Shown: positions 1-14,231, counted from the first letter of the stretch. The stretch is DNA of 64,000 nucleotides from Albugo candida (GCA_040437565.1 JBDOQK010000056.1:1-64000); one strand, 5' to 3'. Translations and numbers: made by a program. The notes: generated by a model from the letters alone, not told the origin.

Positions 1-1380
1 ATTCTTTTTGATATTTTCTCCTCGAATATCAATCATACGCACTATAAATAGAATTGTCTCGTCAATTGTTTTTCACAGCGCTTGTTGATCGTGTCGATTA
101 TTTGCAATTCAATCTTAAGGGTTCCCTGAACTCGATAAACGATGTGTTCTTTCTCGCTTTTGTAGCCTTGATATATCGCTAGATACCCATGCCGCAAGAA
201 CATCACAAACCAACATGAGCCTGAGTCATACCATCTGAAATACCATCTGCATGATATGGGCCTTGAAAAAGAGAAATGTATTTGCTACAAATTACACCAG
301 TACAAAAAACGAATATAGATGTTATGAACATAGAGTTAATCCATTGACCAAAACCGATTCTCTATCGAGCAATATTTGCCAGTTTTTACCAATCCGCTTT
401 GCCACGAAGCATTCTTGGCCAGAAATCGATATAAAGAAGTATTCGCGCAGCAAAAGTATCTGCTAAGATTTAACGTAATGGAAGGCATGTTTTATGAAGG
501 AATCACTATCAGAAGTCAGAAACGACAAACTGAGAAACTCGAGTGTTGGATGAGAAATGAACGAAATGAAGCACATTGTCTCTATATTAGTATTCGTTTT
601 GATCTTTTCTCCTCGAATATCAATTATACGCACCATAAATAGAATTGTCTCGTCAATTGTTTTTCACAGCGCTTGTTGATCGTCTCGCTTATTTGCAATT
701 CAATCTTAAGGGCTCCGTGAACTCGATAAACGATGTGTCCTTTCTCGCTTTTGTAGCCCCGATATATCGCTAGATACCCATGCCGCAAGATCATCACAAA
801 CCAACATGAGCCTGAGTCATACCATCTAAAATACCATCTGCATGATGTGGGCCTTGAAAAAGAGAAATGTATTTGCTACAAATTACACCAGTACAAAAAA
901 CGAACATAGAGGTTATGAACATAGAGTTAATCATTGACCACAACCGATTCTCTATCGAGCAATATTTGCCAATTTTCACCAATCCGCTTTGCCACGAAGC
1001 CTTTTTAGCGAGAAATCGTAAGAAAGAAGTATTCGCGCAGCAAAAGTATCTGCTAAGATTTTACGTAAAGGAAGGCATCTTTTTTGAAGGAATNNNNNNN
1101 NNNNNNNNNNNNNNNNNNNNNNNNNNNNNNNNNNNNNNNNNNNNNNNNNNNNNNNNNNNNNNNNNNNNNNNNNNNNNNNNNNNNNNNNNNNNNACCAGTA
1201 CAAAAAACGAACATCGAGATTATGAACATTAAGTTAATTCATTGACCACAACCGATTCTCTATCGAGCTATATTTGCCAGTTTTCACCTATTAGCTTTGC
1301 CACGAAGCATTTTTAGCGAGAAATCGTAGGAAAGTAGTATTCGAGCAGTAAACGTATGTGTCACCATTTACGTGAAAACA
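1..1380. repeat. Tandem ~590-bp repeat array (at least 2 copies plus a diverged partial third; runs off the window start)
   Basis: 1-502 realigns at 592-1093 with offset 590-591 (e.g. agatacccatgccgcaaga at 181 and 772). A further diverged copy follows the gap at 1194-1380. The copies differ, so this is not a simple contig overlap. Confidence 0.85.
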
Positions 1381-1399
1381 GGTTACTTTGTATGCTCTC

Positions 1400-4300
1400 C
1401 ACATTCAGTTCTCCCAATGTAGTGCTTTTGAACATAGTTAGAGTTGTTGTTCGCTACATTCTCTTTCGGATTCTGAGTTTCAATCCGGGCCTTTTCAATA
1501 GGGTTCTGGAATTGCTTCGTCGCAATTGGCTTCGTCAAAAAACTGCCAGTTGGTACTGGGTTGGATTATCTATTAGCTTTGTGTGTTAAACCGCGCATAT
1601 TCTCGTGTAAAGTGTAGCCGAATATCGACGTCTTTTGCACGCTTATGATACCATCGTATTGTGCCATAGCAATTGCACTCTGTATGTCAACATAGATATG
1701 ATTTCCAGTCCGTCTTGCAAAGCCAGTTTCCGTCAATAGTGATTTTAACCAAATCACTTCTTGATACACATTAAAATTGCGATGTATTCTGCTTCAGCTG
1801 TGATTAGCGCGACGCTACTTTGTAGTCTAGATTATATTACAACTAGAATAGTGTTAACGATAAGTATTACACCGACAATTGAACGTCGATTATCCCCATT
1901 GCTTTCTTTATCGTCGTCACTGTATCTGAGAAGTTCTGGATTCGACTTCCGCTTTTACTAATAAGTCCCAAATCTGAAGTTATTGCTTTAATTAAAACTC
2001 GACTGAGTCGGCAAACTGCTAATGCGTGCATCTGTTCGAGAACTCATCGCCGGATATAACAATGATTCAATAGGTGAACGATATGGCCGCTTTTGCATAT
2101 CTTGATCCTTTTCATTGCATTCGGCCAATATTTCTCCAAGAACGCTCGAATTGTATACAGGAGATGATGCGTTCTGATTGAATTTGTCAGCCATATCATT
2201 GTAAAATCCTGCTGAGTAATAATTACAGTTCTATTCTTGGGTGGGTAAGATTGTTGCATTCCAAGAATAAATAGTGCTTCACCCAAATCCTTTAGGCTGA
2301 AAAAACAAAACGATGAACTGAACCTCTAGTATTATTTCCCCGATTTCCATATCACCCACAAAAAGTACAATGAAACCTCGCCTTTTTGGTGTTAACGAAC
2401 AGAGATGCAAGCGTCGGGAAGACATTGCTTCTACTGGAGCTGTTCCCAAATATTGCAGAAGAACTTGTGTCCTGTATGGCTGATCCCTGCTTCAAACCAT
2501 GAAGACTTCGTTTCAATTTACATGCCTTTGCCGGCTTTGTTTTGTAACCTTGAGGAAGACACATATAGATTGCTTCGTCGAGGTGATCATTCAGAAGCTG
2601 TGCCCACATCGTACTGATTTATTCCCTACCCGAGCTGGCAGCATTTTGCTAAAAAAGCTCGAATCGAGTTCATACCAACAACAGGCGAGTATGCTTTCTT
2701 GTGATCAATGTGTGGAATCTGAAAAAAAACTTGTGCAACGAGACGAGCTTTGTACCGCTAAATCTCTCCATGCATATCACGTTTGATTGCAAAGACCCAT
2801 ATGAAATCGATAAATCCTTTGTTTGAGAGTGCAAAGGTCAATTCTTATCTTCCTTTCGATCCAGATAAGACAGCTCGAACTCAAGAGCTTTCTTCAATAC
2901 TTGCTGTCGTGGCATTTAACTTCGGAATACGTCTCGGGTCTTTCATTTGCGATATATGCGTAGTTTGAGTAATAAAAAAAATTTGAAGTCGTTTTGATCC
3001 TCGATGGTCTTTATTAAACGAATAATTTTCAATCCTTCCATACGGAACTAGTACGTCGGAAGGTGTAGATGATGGTAAAGCTCTGTGGCCGTGGGAAGTT
3101 GATTCTCCACTGGTACCGTATAGATAATGCTTACTGTTTGGTTCAAATCTCCCTCTGAACAATACTACGGATAGGTTGTGATATCGAGCGATCTTCATTA
3201 CCAGCCTTCGGATTTTCGTTGCAATACCTATCCGACTGTCATCATACTCAGTAACTGAGTGATTATTTGCTGTTGCTAATTTTCCTTCATCTTAATCGAG
3301 ATTCATTGGAACATCTTTGTCAGCACGATCACAATCTGCTGTAACTAACCTGGACCTTTATCATGCGAAATATCCTCGCTCTCCACGTCAAGATTGGTTT
3401 GATGGGCTTGAATATTATTCTCGGACACTTCAGCGTATGTAACTTAAATCTATTTCGACAGTTGTACTGTTCTTGAAACCTCAATCTTCCCGGATTCCTT
3501 TTTGTACACGCAATAACCTTTCACATTGTTCGCGTATCCTGAGAAAACAGCAACTAGACGCTTTTTTCTGAGGTTTACTTCACTTTGACACATCAATATA
3601 GGCATATCCATTAGAACTGAATACTTAAAAATGAGCAATATCTGGCTCGTTACCAAAACATACTTTTATTATGTCATGGCTCATGTCGACTATTTCGTTA
3701 TCCATTCGTACGATAAGCAGCAGTATTAACTCTTTCCGCCCATCATTTTTTCTAGCGCATTTGTGCTCTAACATGGTCCTTCTCGCTCCATAAGTGTTCT
3801 GTTCATCCGTTTGGCCAAACCATTTTATTGAGGAGAAAATGGAATTATAGTCTAGTGTATGATCCGACTCTTCCTACGACCACGCAAAAGTTGACCGTTG
3901 ATATACTCCTTGGTCCGAACGCATTTTATTTTCTTTCTAAGTCGCCGCTCAGTCATCGACTAGTATTTAACTAAATAGTCCACGACTTGCGACTTACGTT
4001 TTAGAGAATACACCTTCACAAATCTTGAATAATCATCAACATATGTCACGACATACATTTAACCGCCAGAAGAAGTTGATCTGATCAGTCACATGACGTC
4101 ACTATGGAGAAGCTGCAATACTTCACTCCTGTTTGGCCCCTTCACGATGTTCTTCAAAAATGGCTTTGATGTTAACCGACCTTTGGCATATCCACTGCAT
4201 AGATCTTCATCGCTAGTATCGAGACCAGAGATTCTTATAATCTTCGAACCAGTACTACACTTGTCCAGTTAACTGGTTTTGGATTCTGGAAAATGTTCAG

Positions 4301-5671
4301 TCGACCATGCCATATTTCCATTCGTTGAGACTGGACACCAACTCCCGTAGTTACTATCATTGCTTGATAAATTGACGGCTTGGATGCTATCTAAAGTACG
4401 TACATTTTTCCCCTTATATGCTCTCTGATGATTGGACTTGCTGAGCTTGCAATATCGCTTCAATTATGGCCAGACGAAACCTTCATACCCTTTGATATCA
4501 GTGCTGGAATCGCCAAAGATGCCTATCCAAATTGGGAACAAAGAGAACATCATTTATGATGAATCTTTTATCATTATCATTTGTAAGCGTTATCGGGACT
4601 GTTCCAACCATAATTGCCTCGACGGGAGCGCCATTTGTAATCGAGATTTTGATAGAGTAGTCAAGCAGCTTGAAAAGTTTCAAAATCACTCTTTACAAAG
4701 TCCATATGACTACTCGGTCCATTTTCTAAAAGTCAATGCATCGTTGTTTGATTTTGGACTGCCATAAATGCATACGCATTGTACTGCTGGTTTTTGTTCT
4801 CTTATTTGCTCCACGCTTTTTGCATGTATCCCTCTGTGGTGTCCACTCTTGTTGCAATGAAAAGATCGCCTGCTGAATAACATTCCGTCAATCTTATTTT
4901 GGTTTGCTTGCTGCATGAACTTGAACTTCAATTTCGTTGATTTCAGTGCTACATCACTGCTTTCGTTTATCTGCTTATTTATCTGTTCACGATGTTGATT
5001 TTTGAGACATATTAGATCGACTTACCTACATTCTTAATGATTCTTAAAATACACTGACTTTCTTCAGTTAGACTCCCAAGCAATATTTCAATTGCTTCGT
5101 CCTCCGTGATTGCGTCTCGAGTCGCGCCCGTATTCTATACGAATACCTCCAGGTTCATCAAGCCGTCGACTAGCTTCTGTTCTTTAAACATCTCGAATTC
5201 ATGTAATTTTCTTCTGATTTGCACCTTGTTTTGCACACACTTCCGAACGAAAAACTGCTGAAGAGTATCCCATAAATGCTTCGCGCCAACTTTTTCACGC
5301 ACCGTTTTCTGAAAGTTTGGGCTCAGCGTCGTTGATAAAATCGGTAAAGCTCTCTTGTCGTTGAGTTTTCACTCCGTTGATTCTATGGTATCTTCGTTGG
5401 TGGAGCTGTTACAATCCGACATGACTCAATAAATTCTTCTTCGCCAGATTCATTCTCGCATTGTATCCCAGTAGAAATAGTTATCTATTGGAAGAATGTC
5501 CTTGTTTATATCCATGGCTGATGTTGGCCTCATAACCTGGTAGAGCTTCTGTCAAAAGAAGAAAACATGGATGTGATATAAACGTTAAGTTCTTTTTTCA
5601 CTATTAGCAAATCTAAGCCTTATTCCAAATATTTTTGAAGCAAATTACCAGCAGTGCTTACATTTGTAACA
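1400..5671 (-). mobile_element. Degenerate Ty1/copia LTR retrotransposon (gag-PR-INT-RT-RH relics; 3' LTR not seen)
   Basis: Minus-strand fragments: FHCNKSGH (gag knuckle), INDVLFVPNL (protease region), GYANNVKGYCVY (integrase C-term), EAIYMCLPQGY..KLKRSLHGLKQ and GEALFILGM (RT), HIYVDIQSAIAMA (RNase H). Copia-type PBS GGTTATGAGGCC at 5526-5537 directly after CA; possible LTR 5538-5671. Many stops and frameshifts. Confidence 0.85.
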
Positions 5672-5699
5672 TGACTCATATTTGTGAGGTTTTTGAGTC

Positions 5700-6106
5700 A
5701 TCATTAAAACCTTCCTTTCCTTACTGCTCTCAAAGAATTCTTTTGAATGTAGTGCCTCTGAATACAGTCAAGAATCTTTCGCGCAAGACTACCCATGGTG
5801 ATAGGTTTATGCGTTTGATGACGATATATCGGGGATGAAACAGCGAGAACGATCAAATAGGTTCATCTACTTCTTCATGTTCCGCTGACACTAGCTAATC
5901 ATATAATCATAAATTCGTTCCGCCGATCGGAGAAGATGTTCGAGGTCAAGAAATAATGTCAAGATAGTCCATCATGTTCTGCGTAAGAGACATAAAAGAG
6001 CGAGCCTAACGATAAGTCCGTAACTCTATGGCTTGAGAGAGTAACAACAATGAAGGACCCTAATGTATTTACCTCTCAATTTTCCCCCTACTCAGCACTA
6101 CTCAAT
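5700..6106 (-). mobile_element. LINE fragment (paralog of the region C-terminal to RT in the element at 7-12.7 kb)
   Basis: 5915-6106 aligns to 8148-8335 (ttccgccgat..ttcgaggtcaagaaa..gtaacaacaa..aaggaccctaat..cctactc). Confidence 0.7.
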
Positions 6107-6109
6107 TCA

Positions 6110-6500
6110 CGACCTGCATGCTCGGTTTTTCTTGCCAGTGTGATTTGTAGCTATGATGCTCAAGGCCCGCGCTACGCATTTGATATTCCAGATGGTATGA
6201 CAAAGGATCTGGGGGCCCGAGATGATCTTGTGGTATACGTGCCTTAAGATATGACGGGGCTACAAAAGCGATAAAGAACACATCGGTTCATCGTAATTAT
6301 CGAGATCCTGAGATTCAAGTGTAAATAAACGATACGACCAACAAGTGCTGTGAAAAACAGTTTACTAAACTATTCCTATTTACAGTGCTTATAACTGATG
6401 TTTAATGAGAACGATTCAAACACAGCGCTTATTGTAGACATAATTTGCCTCATTTCGATTTACTTTCATCCAAAATTTGCATTGCAGTTTGTGTGCTGCT
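6110..6500 (+). repeat. Diverged inverted copy of the ~590-bp repeat unit
   Basis: cagatggtatgac..ggctacaaaagcgataaagaacacatcg..acaagtgctgtgaaaaaca is the reverse complement of unit sequence at ~60-240. Confidence 0.75.
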
Positions 6501-6724
6501 TCTTTTTTTTCTGAAAGAAATGCAGTCATGAAATACCTTTTTTTACTTGAATGGTTGACAGATACGTTGGATACATCAACAATATACTATGAACGCAAAG
6601 GTATGAAAAAGCTTCGAGGAGGAGCGGCGAAAAATATCAAATTAGGGCTGGATAGCTAATCGATGTGTGCATTGAATTACCTTGATCTTCACGACCTCCA
6701 TGTTCGTTTTTAGACTGTGTTGTT

Positions 6725-6855
6725 TGCTGCGAGGTTAAGAAACAACGTAAGGACAGTTCATCATATTCCACCCATCCAAGAGGGAATTAGCGAAGCTAAC
6801 ATAAACTCGGTTAAGGCTAGGGCTTAGAATGGTAACAACACCTAAGGACCCTAGT
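6725..6855 (-). mobile_element. Second short LINE fragment
   Basis: gaggttaagaaacaacgtaaggacagttcatcatattcc..gtaacaacacctaaggaccct matches 8176-8290. Confidence 0.6.
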
Positions 6856-6986
6856 TGAAGGTGTCTATATTACTAGAATTAGACTAACTGACTTCTCTAC
6901 ATGCCTTGGCTATCTTAAATAACATATATGCATATAAAAAACGTTTCGTGAAATACCTGTGAGAGATAATAATATGTCCCTCGTTG

Positions 6987-9900
6987 CTACTCCTGCAGTG
7001 CAGTAGCGTTAACCACTACAGTAAGAGAGTGTATCCATCGTGTAACGGATAAATGTTGAAAGTTGTAAAATGTTGTGAGAAAATGGTCCAAAACTACCAT
7101 GTGCTGTAAAATGGTCCAAAAGTACCGTGGTTTGCAGACTGGTGTGCGCCACACTAGGCGGAACAATGCCATCCAACTAGGACTAGGATCTGAGTTGCAC
7201 TTGCATTTAGACTTGTCTGTGCCGTACCCGCAGTAATGATCTTCGGCTTCTGAAAAATCCACCAAATAATCCTTGCGTTGCGACTTGATCCAGCACCTTT
7301 GCAAGCCGAATGCGTTCCTCTTGGTCGTAACACTNNNNNNNNNNNNNNNNNNNNNNNNNNNNNNNNNNNNNNNNNNNNNNNNNNNNNNNNNNNNNNNNNN
7401 NNNNNNNNNNNNNNNNNNNNNNNNNNNNNNNNNNAACCACATCGGTTCTTCCATGTAGTACTGACGGCGTTGTAAAACCTTCAAATCTCATATCCTAATT
7501 CTCCAATCCATTTGATGCCACATCTTAAATGCGTGTTTGCACAATGCACATTTTTTCTTCCATTCGACCATTTCCCGCGTCGATGTGGAGCGATATGAAT
7601 ATATCCAGCGGCTTGTGTGGCCCAAAGGAACTTTGATAAGCTGGAATAATCCCGTCGTAGCAATTGTCCAATTCGCAGGAATAATAGTTGATACATCGGA
7701 TGCGAACTGCTGTGAATACCTTGTAGCTTCTGTCGCTCCACCAGAATAGAAACTTGTAGTCCACCATTCTGTTAACGAAGATACAAAAAATCTTCTCGCA
7801 TCAGGTGAACATGTTTGGAATCTTTTTTGTATTTCCGACCAAGCACAAATCGATTCAACATCGACTGTCACTGTCGAATAGTCCCTGCTGGTATGTCCAC
7901 GTGCATCGTGTATTGCCACAGACGTGGTAAATTCATCGTCTGCGCAACCAGTAGTCGACCACGAACAGTTCGTGCTCGTCGAATCCATACAACAAAACCA
8001 TGGTAAAAACGCTTGTGGAGAGTTGAGATAACTATCGAATGAGTCGGTGTTCGGTCCAACGGAATACCCAATACTTAAGCGAATCATTCGGACGCATTAA
8101 GGTCAAATTGTGCTGAGATTACAACAGCCAATCATAAGATCGGAAATTTGTTCCGCCGATTGGATGCTGATATTCGAGGTCAAGAAACGTTGTAAAGACA
8201 GTTCATCATATTCCGCCAATCAAGATTGAAATAGTGGAGCTACCAGTAACTTCGTAAAAAAAGAAAAGTAACAACAACTAAGGACCCTAATATATTCACT
8301 TTCCATTTCTCCACCTACTCTAGACTACTCAACAAATTGGGAATGCGTGAAAACGCATGATCCGATTCGACGAGAGCAAGGATGATTTTCTCAGGTTGAG
8401 ATTCGCACCAGATCCATCTCAATAGACTTGAAGGAGTTCGAGTTGCGTCAAAACACCATTTGGTGTCTGAAAGCGATGTCGAATCGTCCGAAAACAAAAT
8501 CCAGTAGCGACAGTCGTCCCATTCATCCAATGTCATGTTCTTGATGCTGTCAAGTAAATTTCCCAAAGGTTCGATCGTCATTAGAAAAAGTAATTTTGAG
8601 AGAGGATCACCTTGTTTCACTCCACGTTGTGGTGTAATAGATGGTGTAATATTGCCATTAATCATCAACTGTGCCCTACGTGCTGCTAAACAGAAGACGA
8701 ACTCAGTCGATGAATTTTTTTTCAGCACCCATTTTTTCCAAAACGTGAAACATGTACGTCCAATCGACTCGATCATAAGATTTCTCAAAGTCGAGAAAAG
8801 TCGCATATGCTTCCTCCCCACGATGAGTGACCAAGTCTTGAATGTCGGTGAGATGTCGAATATGGTGATGCATTGACCTTCCTCGAACAAATGCTTTTTG
8901 ATCTTGATGGATTAATTTTGGCAAAAAACGCTGCAATCGATACGCCAAAACTTTTGAAAGTACTTTCGCATCGACGCAAAGTAGTGCGATCGGTCGATAG
9001 TTGCCAGGATCACCTCGTGGTCCTTTTTTATAAAAGTGTGATTGCTGAGTGACGTTGTGATCGAAGTAAGATACCTCTTTCCAGCTGATATTCGAACACG
9101 ATCTTCAGGCACTCGCCAAACGTTACCGAATCAAGCTGATAAAACGCATCTGGTAGTCCTCCCATACCTGGAGAAGAACTACATTTTATATTCTTGATTG
9201 AGTGCGTCGTCTCGATCGTACTTCAGCGAGCTGAAAGACGGTCTTGCTATTTTGAAGAAATATCAACTTCAATCGAATTCGGTAGCTTTTTTGGTTTATT
9301 TATCCTAGATCAGCTGAGTCGGTTTCTGTGCTGTAGAGAGAAGCCATGATTTACCCTAATGATACCTAATTTCGTCATCAAAATACCCTGGTTCGATGTC
9401 ACGGTGCCACATTTTTTGATCGGCAGGAGACGACAAGAACTATCTGGATAATGAAATATTTGCTTAGAGTAGCCCTCCATATGCTTCAAACGATGGTCGA
9501 AGCTCTCGTCTTATTTGATATTGGCCTTGTTTTCGACCAAAATTCTAGATTGTTCGAGACTCGATTCGTAAAATTGCCGTGCCTCATTGGTGTCTTGCGT
9601 GCGATATTGATCTGCTGCGGCTTCCAAAAAACGCTAGCTAGACTTAACATCACGTCGGCTATCTTCTGCAATCTTTTTAAATGCCTTGAAGCTGTTTCTT
9701 CATCCGATTTTCCGGGATTCAAAGGAGTCGGCAACTGTTCGAGCACCAAATTCGCTTCCAATTTGATAGCTTCGGCAACTTGAGGATATTCAAATATTTA
9801 TATTGAACAATATTAATACAGTCTCCCGGGGTAGATTGAGTTGGATTTGCGAAAGTTTCTTTCTTTGCCTGATGTTCTCCCGCATGTCGTAGACGTATTA

Positions 9901-12720
9901 AGGAGGTTTTCCAACATGCAGATGTAATCTGCTTGAATCATGCGCGGTGATGGTCCCATAAATACTTTTTTCTGTCGGATGTTGGATTTACCGAGCGCCT
10001 ACCACATCCAACTGCGAAATACAATCCAAACACGCTGAACGACTTGATTGTGTCAAATCCACTCACTCGAAGCATCGACACCTGTATCGATTGTTGTGTT
10101 GAAATCACCAAATACGAGAAGTGTTGCGTTCGTTTTGAAAGTGTTGGATAGCTACAAGTCAAAGAATATCACTCTTTCCTCGGCCTTGACCGATGCGTCG
10201 TGAATGAGAAGACACAAAGTAAATCGCGAATGCGAATACTTCTTTCGGTGCGTTCTTCAGCTGTACAACCCGTCAAGTCCGAGCGAAATATTTTCATGAA
10301 GTCATTGTCAATTTAGAACTTTATCTTCAACTACCAAACCTTACGCGAACTCATCTTTTAGCGTGCCGCCACTGCAATTTTTAGATTGGATGATAAAAGC
10401 ACTGTTGTGGTTGGTCATTGACAAACATTTTGTGTCGCGTTTTTGTATGTTATTATAACTGGATTTATTCCAGTTGGTTGTGGTCGTAAAACTTGTTTCT
10501 TGAACATAACAATTGAAGTGCTGTGATAGGACGTGGTCGATAAAAAGATGACCATTTTTATGAATNNNNNNNNNNNNNNNNNNNNNNNNNNNNNNNNNNN
10601 NNNNNNNNNNNNNNNNNNNNNNNNNNNNNNNNNNNNNNNNNNNNNNNNNNNNNNNNNNNNNNNNNCGAAATATTTTCATGAAGTCATTGTCAATTTAGAA
10701 CTTTATCTTCAACTACCAAACCTTACGCGAACTCATCTTTTAGCGTGCCGCCACTGCAATTTTTAGATTGGATGATAAAAGCACTGTTGTGGTTGGTCAT
10801 TGACAAACATTTTGTGTCGCGTTTTTGTATGTTATTATAACTGGATTTATTCCAGTTGGTTGTGGTCGTAAAACTTGTTTCTTGAACATAACAATTGAAG
10901 TGCTGTGATAGGACGTGGTCGATAAAAAGATGACCATTTTTATGAATATCAATGACATTTACAGCGAGTGCTGAGATGTCGTTCGCCGTTGAAATAATCG
11001 AGGAGCCCTTCTGCATTCACGATGGAGTGGACCAAAGGCCAACTTTTTTCAGTGAATTGCTGCATTTCTTTTAGGAATTCTATGATTGAGGAAGAGCTTG
11101 GCGATAACACCTTCAGAAGCCGTCGCCATTTATCTCCATACCATCAAGACCAACATTATATGCCCACGTGGAGCGTTACAACGACATAGAAACATTGATC
11201 GGAAGTAAACGACAATGATGACTCGGAATCCAAATCATTGGACAAACCGTGAGATAGTGGATCCAGTAATCGTTTTTGTAGAATGTCGGAGCAGTACGCG
11301 GAAAAAAGAGTGCCAATAACACGGAGCTTTTTGTGCCCGAGGTAAACCATGGAAATGTCCGCACTGACATCCACCACGAGACCACTCTCTTGAACAATAC
11401 AGCTCTCTTAGAAGGAACTTTTCCACCTACGTGGTGACTCTATTGCGTCGTGAACGTAGCATCTTTCATGAGGTGATACGCTGCGAAAACGCGATTGGTC
11501 AGAATTAGATGCGCTAGTTTGTTCAACGCATGAGAGACAAGCACCCATGCATGGTGATCGGATCTCTAGTGTTGCCCGGAAAATTTTGTCCGGGCAGGTA
11601 TAATACTGTACTAGCCTGCGCATATGAGGGATGCAAAAATCGGCTTGTACTAGCTTGTCTGGTCGTAGCGGGTGGAGAGCACTTTTGGGTTCGATTTTCA
11701 TGAGCTTCCCTATTTCACCAATTCTAGTTGGCCACTCCGCTTTCTCCACCGTTTATGACGCTTTTAATAAAATCTTGCCGCCTAATTCGAGGTGTTCACC
11801 TCTTTTGGCATCCGTGCTTTCCCCGGAGTGATTTGGATGCGAGTTCCATGCTCAGATTGAAACTGCTAGTAGTTCTTCGATTTTCACCCCCATAATTCCC
11901 AGCATAGCAAAGTAATTGCTTGAAGCCAACTTAGTGAGTGCACGAGGCGATGCATTGAAATTTGTTCGAACAGCTCAATTCAATTACGTTTTCCTCCTGC
12001 CCATGCCACCTACATGTTCTCCACTCTCGCCACCCATGCAACTCAGGATGATTGTCTTTTCAATTGTAGGAGAAAATGAGGAAGCTGCAATAAGTCTGGT
12101 TCCCTGTTGGCGTAACAGGGGGAGTCAGCCTTTTCGACACACCTTCGCGTAGCACGGTCACGTCACAGTGGGGGTGGAAACAAGTCTTAGAGGACGTGAT
12201 CTCGTGTTCTTCTCGTCTGGATAGCTGTACTCGCCCTCGCCCCCGCCGTAGCAGTCAAGCAGAAGCCCAGCTGTGGAAGTCGATGCAGGCAATGCTCGGC
12301 CTTGAACTAGGTGGGTTACGTCGTAGCGGGATTCATGCGCACGTCTGATCGACTGCTACGGTGGGTTCGAGGGCGAGTACAGATGTCCAGCCTTGAAGCA
12401 CACATTAAGCTCCAGCGACATTTGATCGAAGAATTTCCGCTCAGGTTACCTCTCCTCCAATTCTTGGCTGGGAACAGGATACTCCACCTTTTCTTAATCC
12501 ACAACAAATGCCTTTGTTGCTGTGTGTTGCTGTTTTTGTTTTTGTTCTTGTGATTTTTGCTGGGTTTGAATCTGATTTTGGATCTAATTTTGAGTTTTCT
12601 TTTTTGTTTTGCTGTTGCCATGCTCCCGTGCTCCTGTGGCTGGCGCTTCTCTCAACTCCAAGAACCAAGGACCGCGACGACATGAACGTGTTCGTTCCAA
12701 AGGATTAGGGGCATTTCATA
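6987..12720 (-). mobile_element. Degenerate non-LTR retrotransposon (L1/Tx1-like LINE: ORF1, AP endonuclease, RT)
   Basis: RT motifs PKLIHQDQKAFVRGRSM, FLDFEKSYDRVDW, RGVKQGDPLS..LF..IEPL, LFSDD at 8.3-9.0 kb. Endonuclease-like N-terminus (..KNG..YVQET) at 10.7-11.0 kb. Broken ORF1-like frames at 11.1-12.7 kb. Multiple frameshifts. Confidence 0.85.
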
Positions 12721-13178
12721 CCTCTCACAAAATAAAGCAACTTCTTGTCTGCAGTTTTCTCGCATACTTAACCGATGTGGACTAGCTGCGGAGAGCACAT
12801 AAGAGTACTAAAGTACATGTCATGAATGACCCGTAAACAGTGAAATATCAGGACCCAATTTACAGAATAGTATATTTTTGTGTTATGAACAAACCGTGAA
12901 CTACGAAATAGTCTAACAAGAATGATCACAAACGAACAAAGGCGAACGCGAACTGAACTGAATGCTTGCGAATTGAGCGCAAAATAGTTGACATCGAAAA
13001 GTAGCGGGCAGTGCTATCATATTATCAAATTGTCCCTTACCTAGGCGTACGTTAGCACTATGCAAGCATAAAATTAGCCAATCATATCAAAATAGGGGAT
13101 TTTAACGGTTCCCAATTAAATTGAAAAATAATAATGTGAATAAGAAAACAGTTGTCGGAATTCAATATCCTTATTCAA

Positions 13179-13672
13179 GGAGCCTTTAGTATTCACTCAC
13201 CCTCCTGATAGTATTCACTCACACCTCTAATTTATTGGCCAAAATTCACTCAAATTGACCTTAGTTTGAAATCAATATTCACTGACTTGTTACAACTACT
13301 ATCACTTAACTCACTACCACAATTCACTCAACTAAAAGAGAAAAATTCTGATTCTCAGCTTTCTAGATCAATCAGAATAGCTTTCTTATAATTTCTAAAA
13401 AGTTGTGTTTAAAATTGCAGAACTTTTACGTCCTAACTAAAAGCTAATTTTGGTAATATACATATTGAAGCCAATTCTTTGAAGTATCTGCTGAGTGTAT
13501 AAAGTTAATAAGTTGGGTTTAATTTATAGTGTATTTGTGCCGAGGTGTGGTTGAAAGTGAGTCACCGTGCGTGATGGGTGAGTGATAACTGATAATTATT
13601 GATGAATTTTAGCCAATGAATTAGGGGGGTGAGTGAATGCTATCAAGAGGGTGAGTGGATACTAAAGCTCTC
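13179..13672. mobile_element. MITE (~494 bp) with ~70-bp imperfect TIRs and 8-9 bp TSD (Mutator-like)
   Basis: Left end ggagcctttagtattcactcaccctcctgatagtattcactcac; right end gtgagtgaatgctatcaagagggtgagtggatactaaagctctc. Flanks ttattcaa (13171-13178) and ttatttaa (13673-13680). No ORF. Confidence 0.8.
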
Positions 13673-14231
13673 TTATTTAAACCAAACTGAAGCCACGATT
13701 TTCATAAATTTATGGAGGGTGGGGGCTGAATAACGATTACCGTTTATTTATTCCGCTATATTTGTTCAAACCAATCAGAGGCTACTATTCCTATTAATCT
13801 ATAGAGGCTAGGGGCTGATTACAGAAAAAGGGGGGGGTGAATGACTGTAGATGATCTGTAACCAACGACACCGAGGGAGCTTAAATTCGGAAGTACTTAT
13901 ATTAGGTGCTTTGCTCACTTGACAGCTAATCTAAGCCTTTACAAACTACCGCTTCTTATCTCCGCATCCGTTATGTTGAATATTCAACACTAACGGTTCC
14001 CCTATGTGTATTATATCATTCTAATTTTTTATAAAATTGAATTGCTTCCACTGGTCTCAAAGCAAACAGCCATTTCAATAATTACTGCGCTACAGCCACT
14101 CAGAACACGTCAAGACCTGATATAAATCCTGCGCGACTGCAATTACCCCTTACAGAGTCAGCGTGATTTCCGGTTTTGTGAAATAGTACGTCGAGGATAT
14201 TTTTCTAAAAAAAGGGGTATCAAGAACGTTC

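Noticed and set aside
10284-10947. Duplicated LINE endonuclease segment
   Set aside because: Identical overlap around an N gap.
14060-14110. Possible oomycete INR/FPR core promoter (gccatttcaataatt)
   Set aside because: Match too degenerate to support without TSS data.
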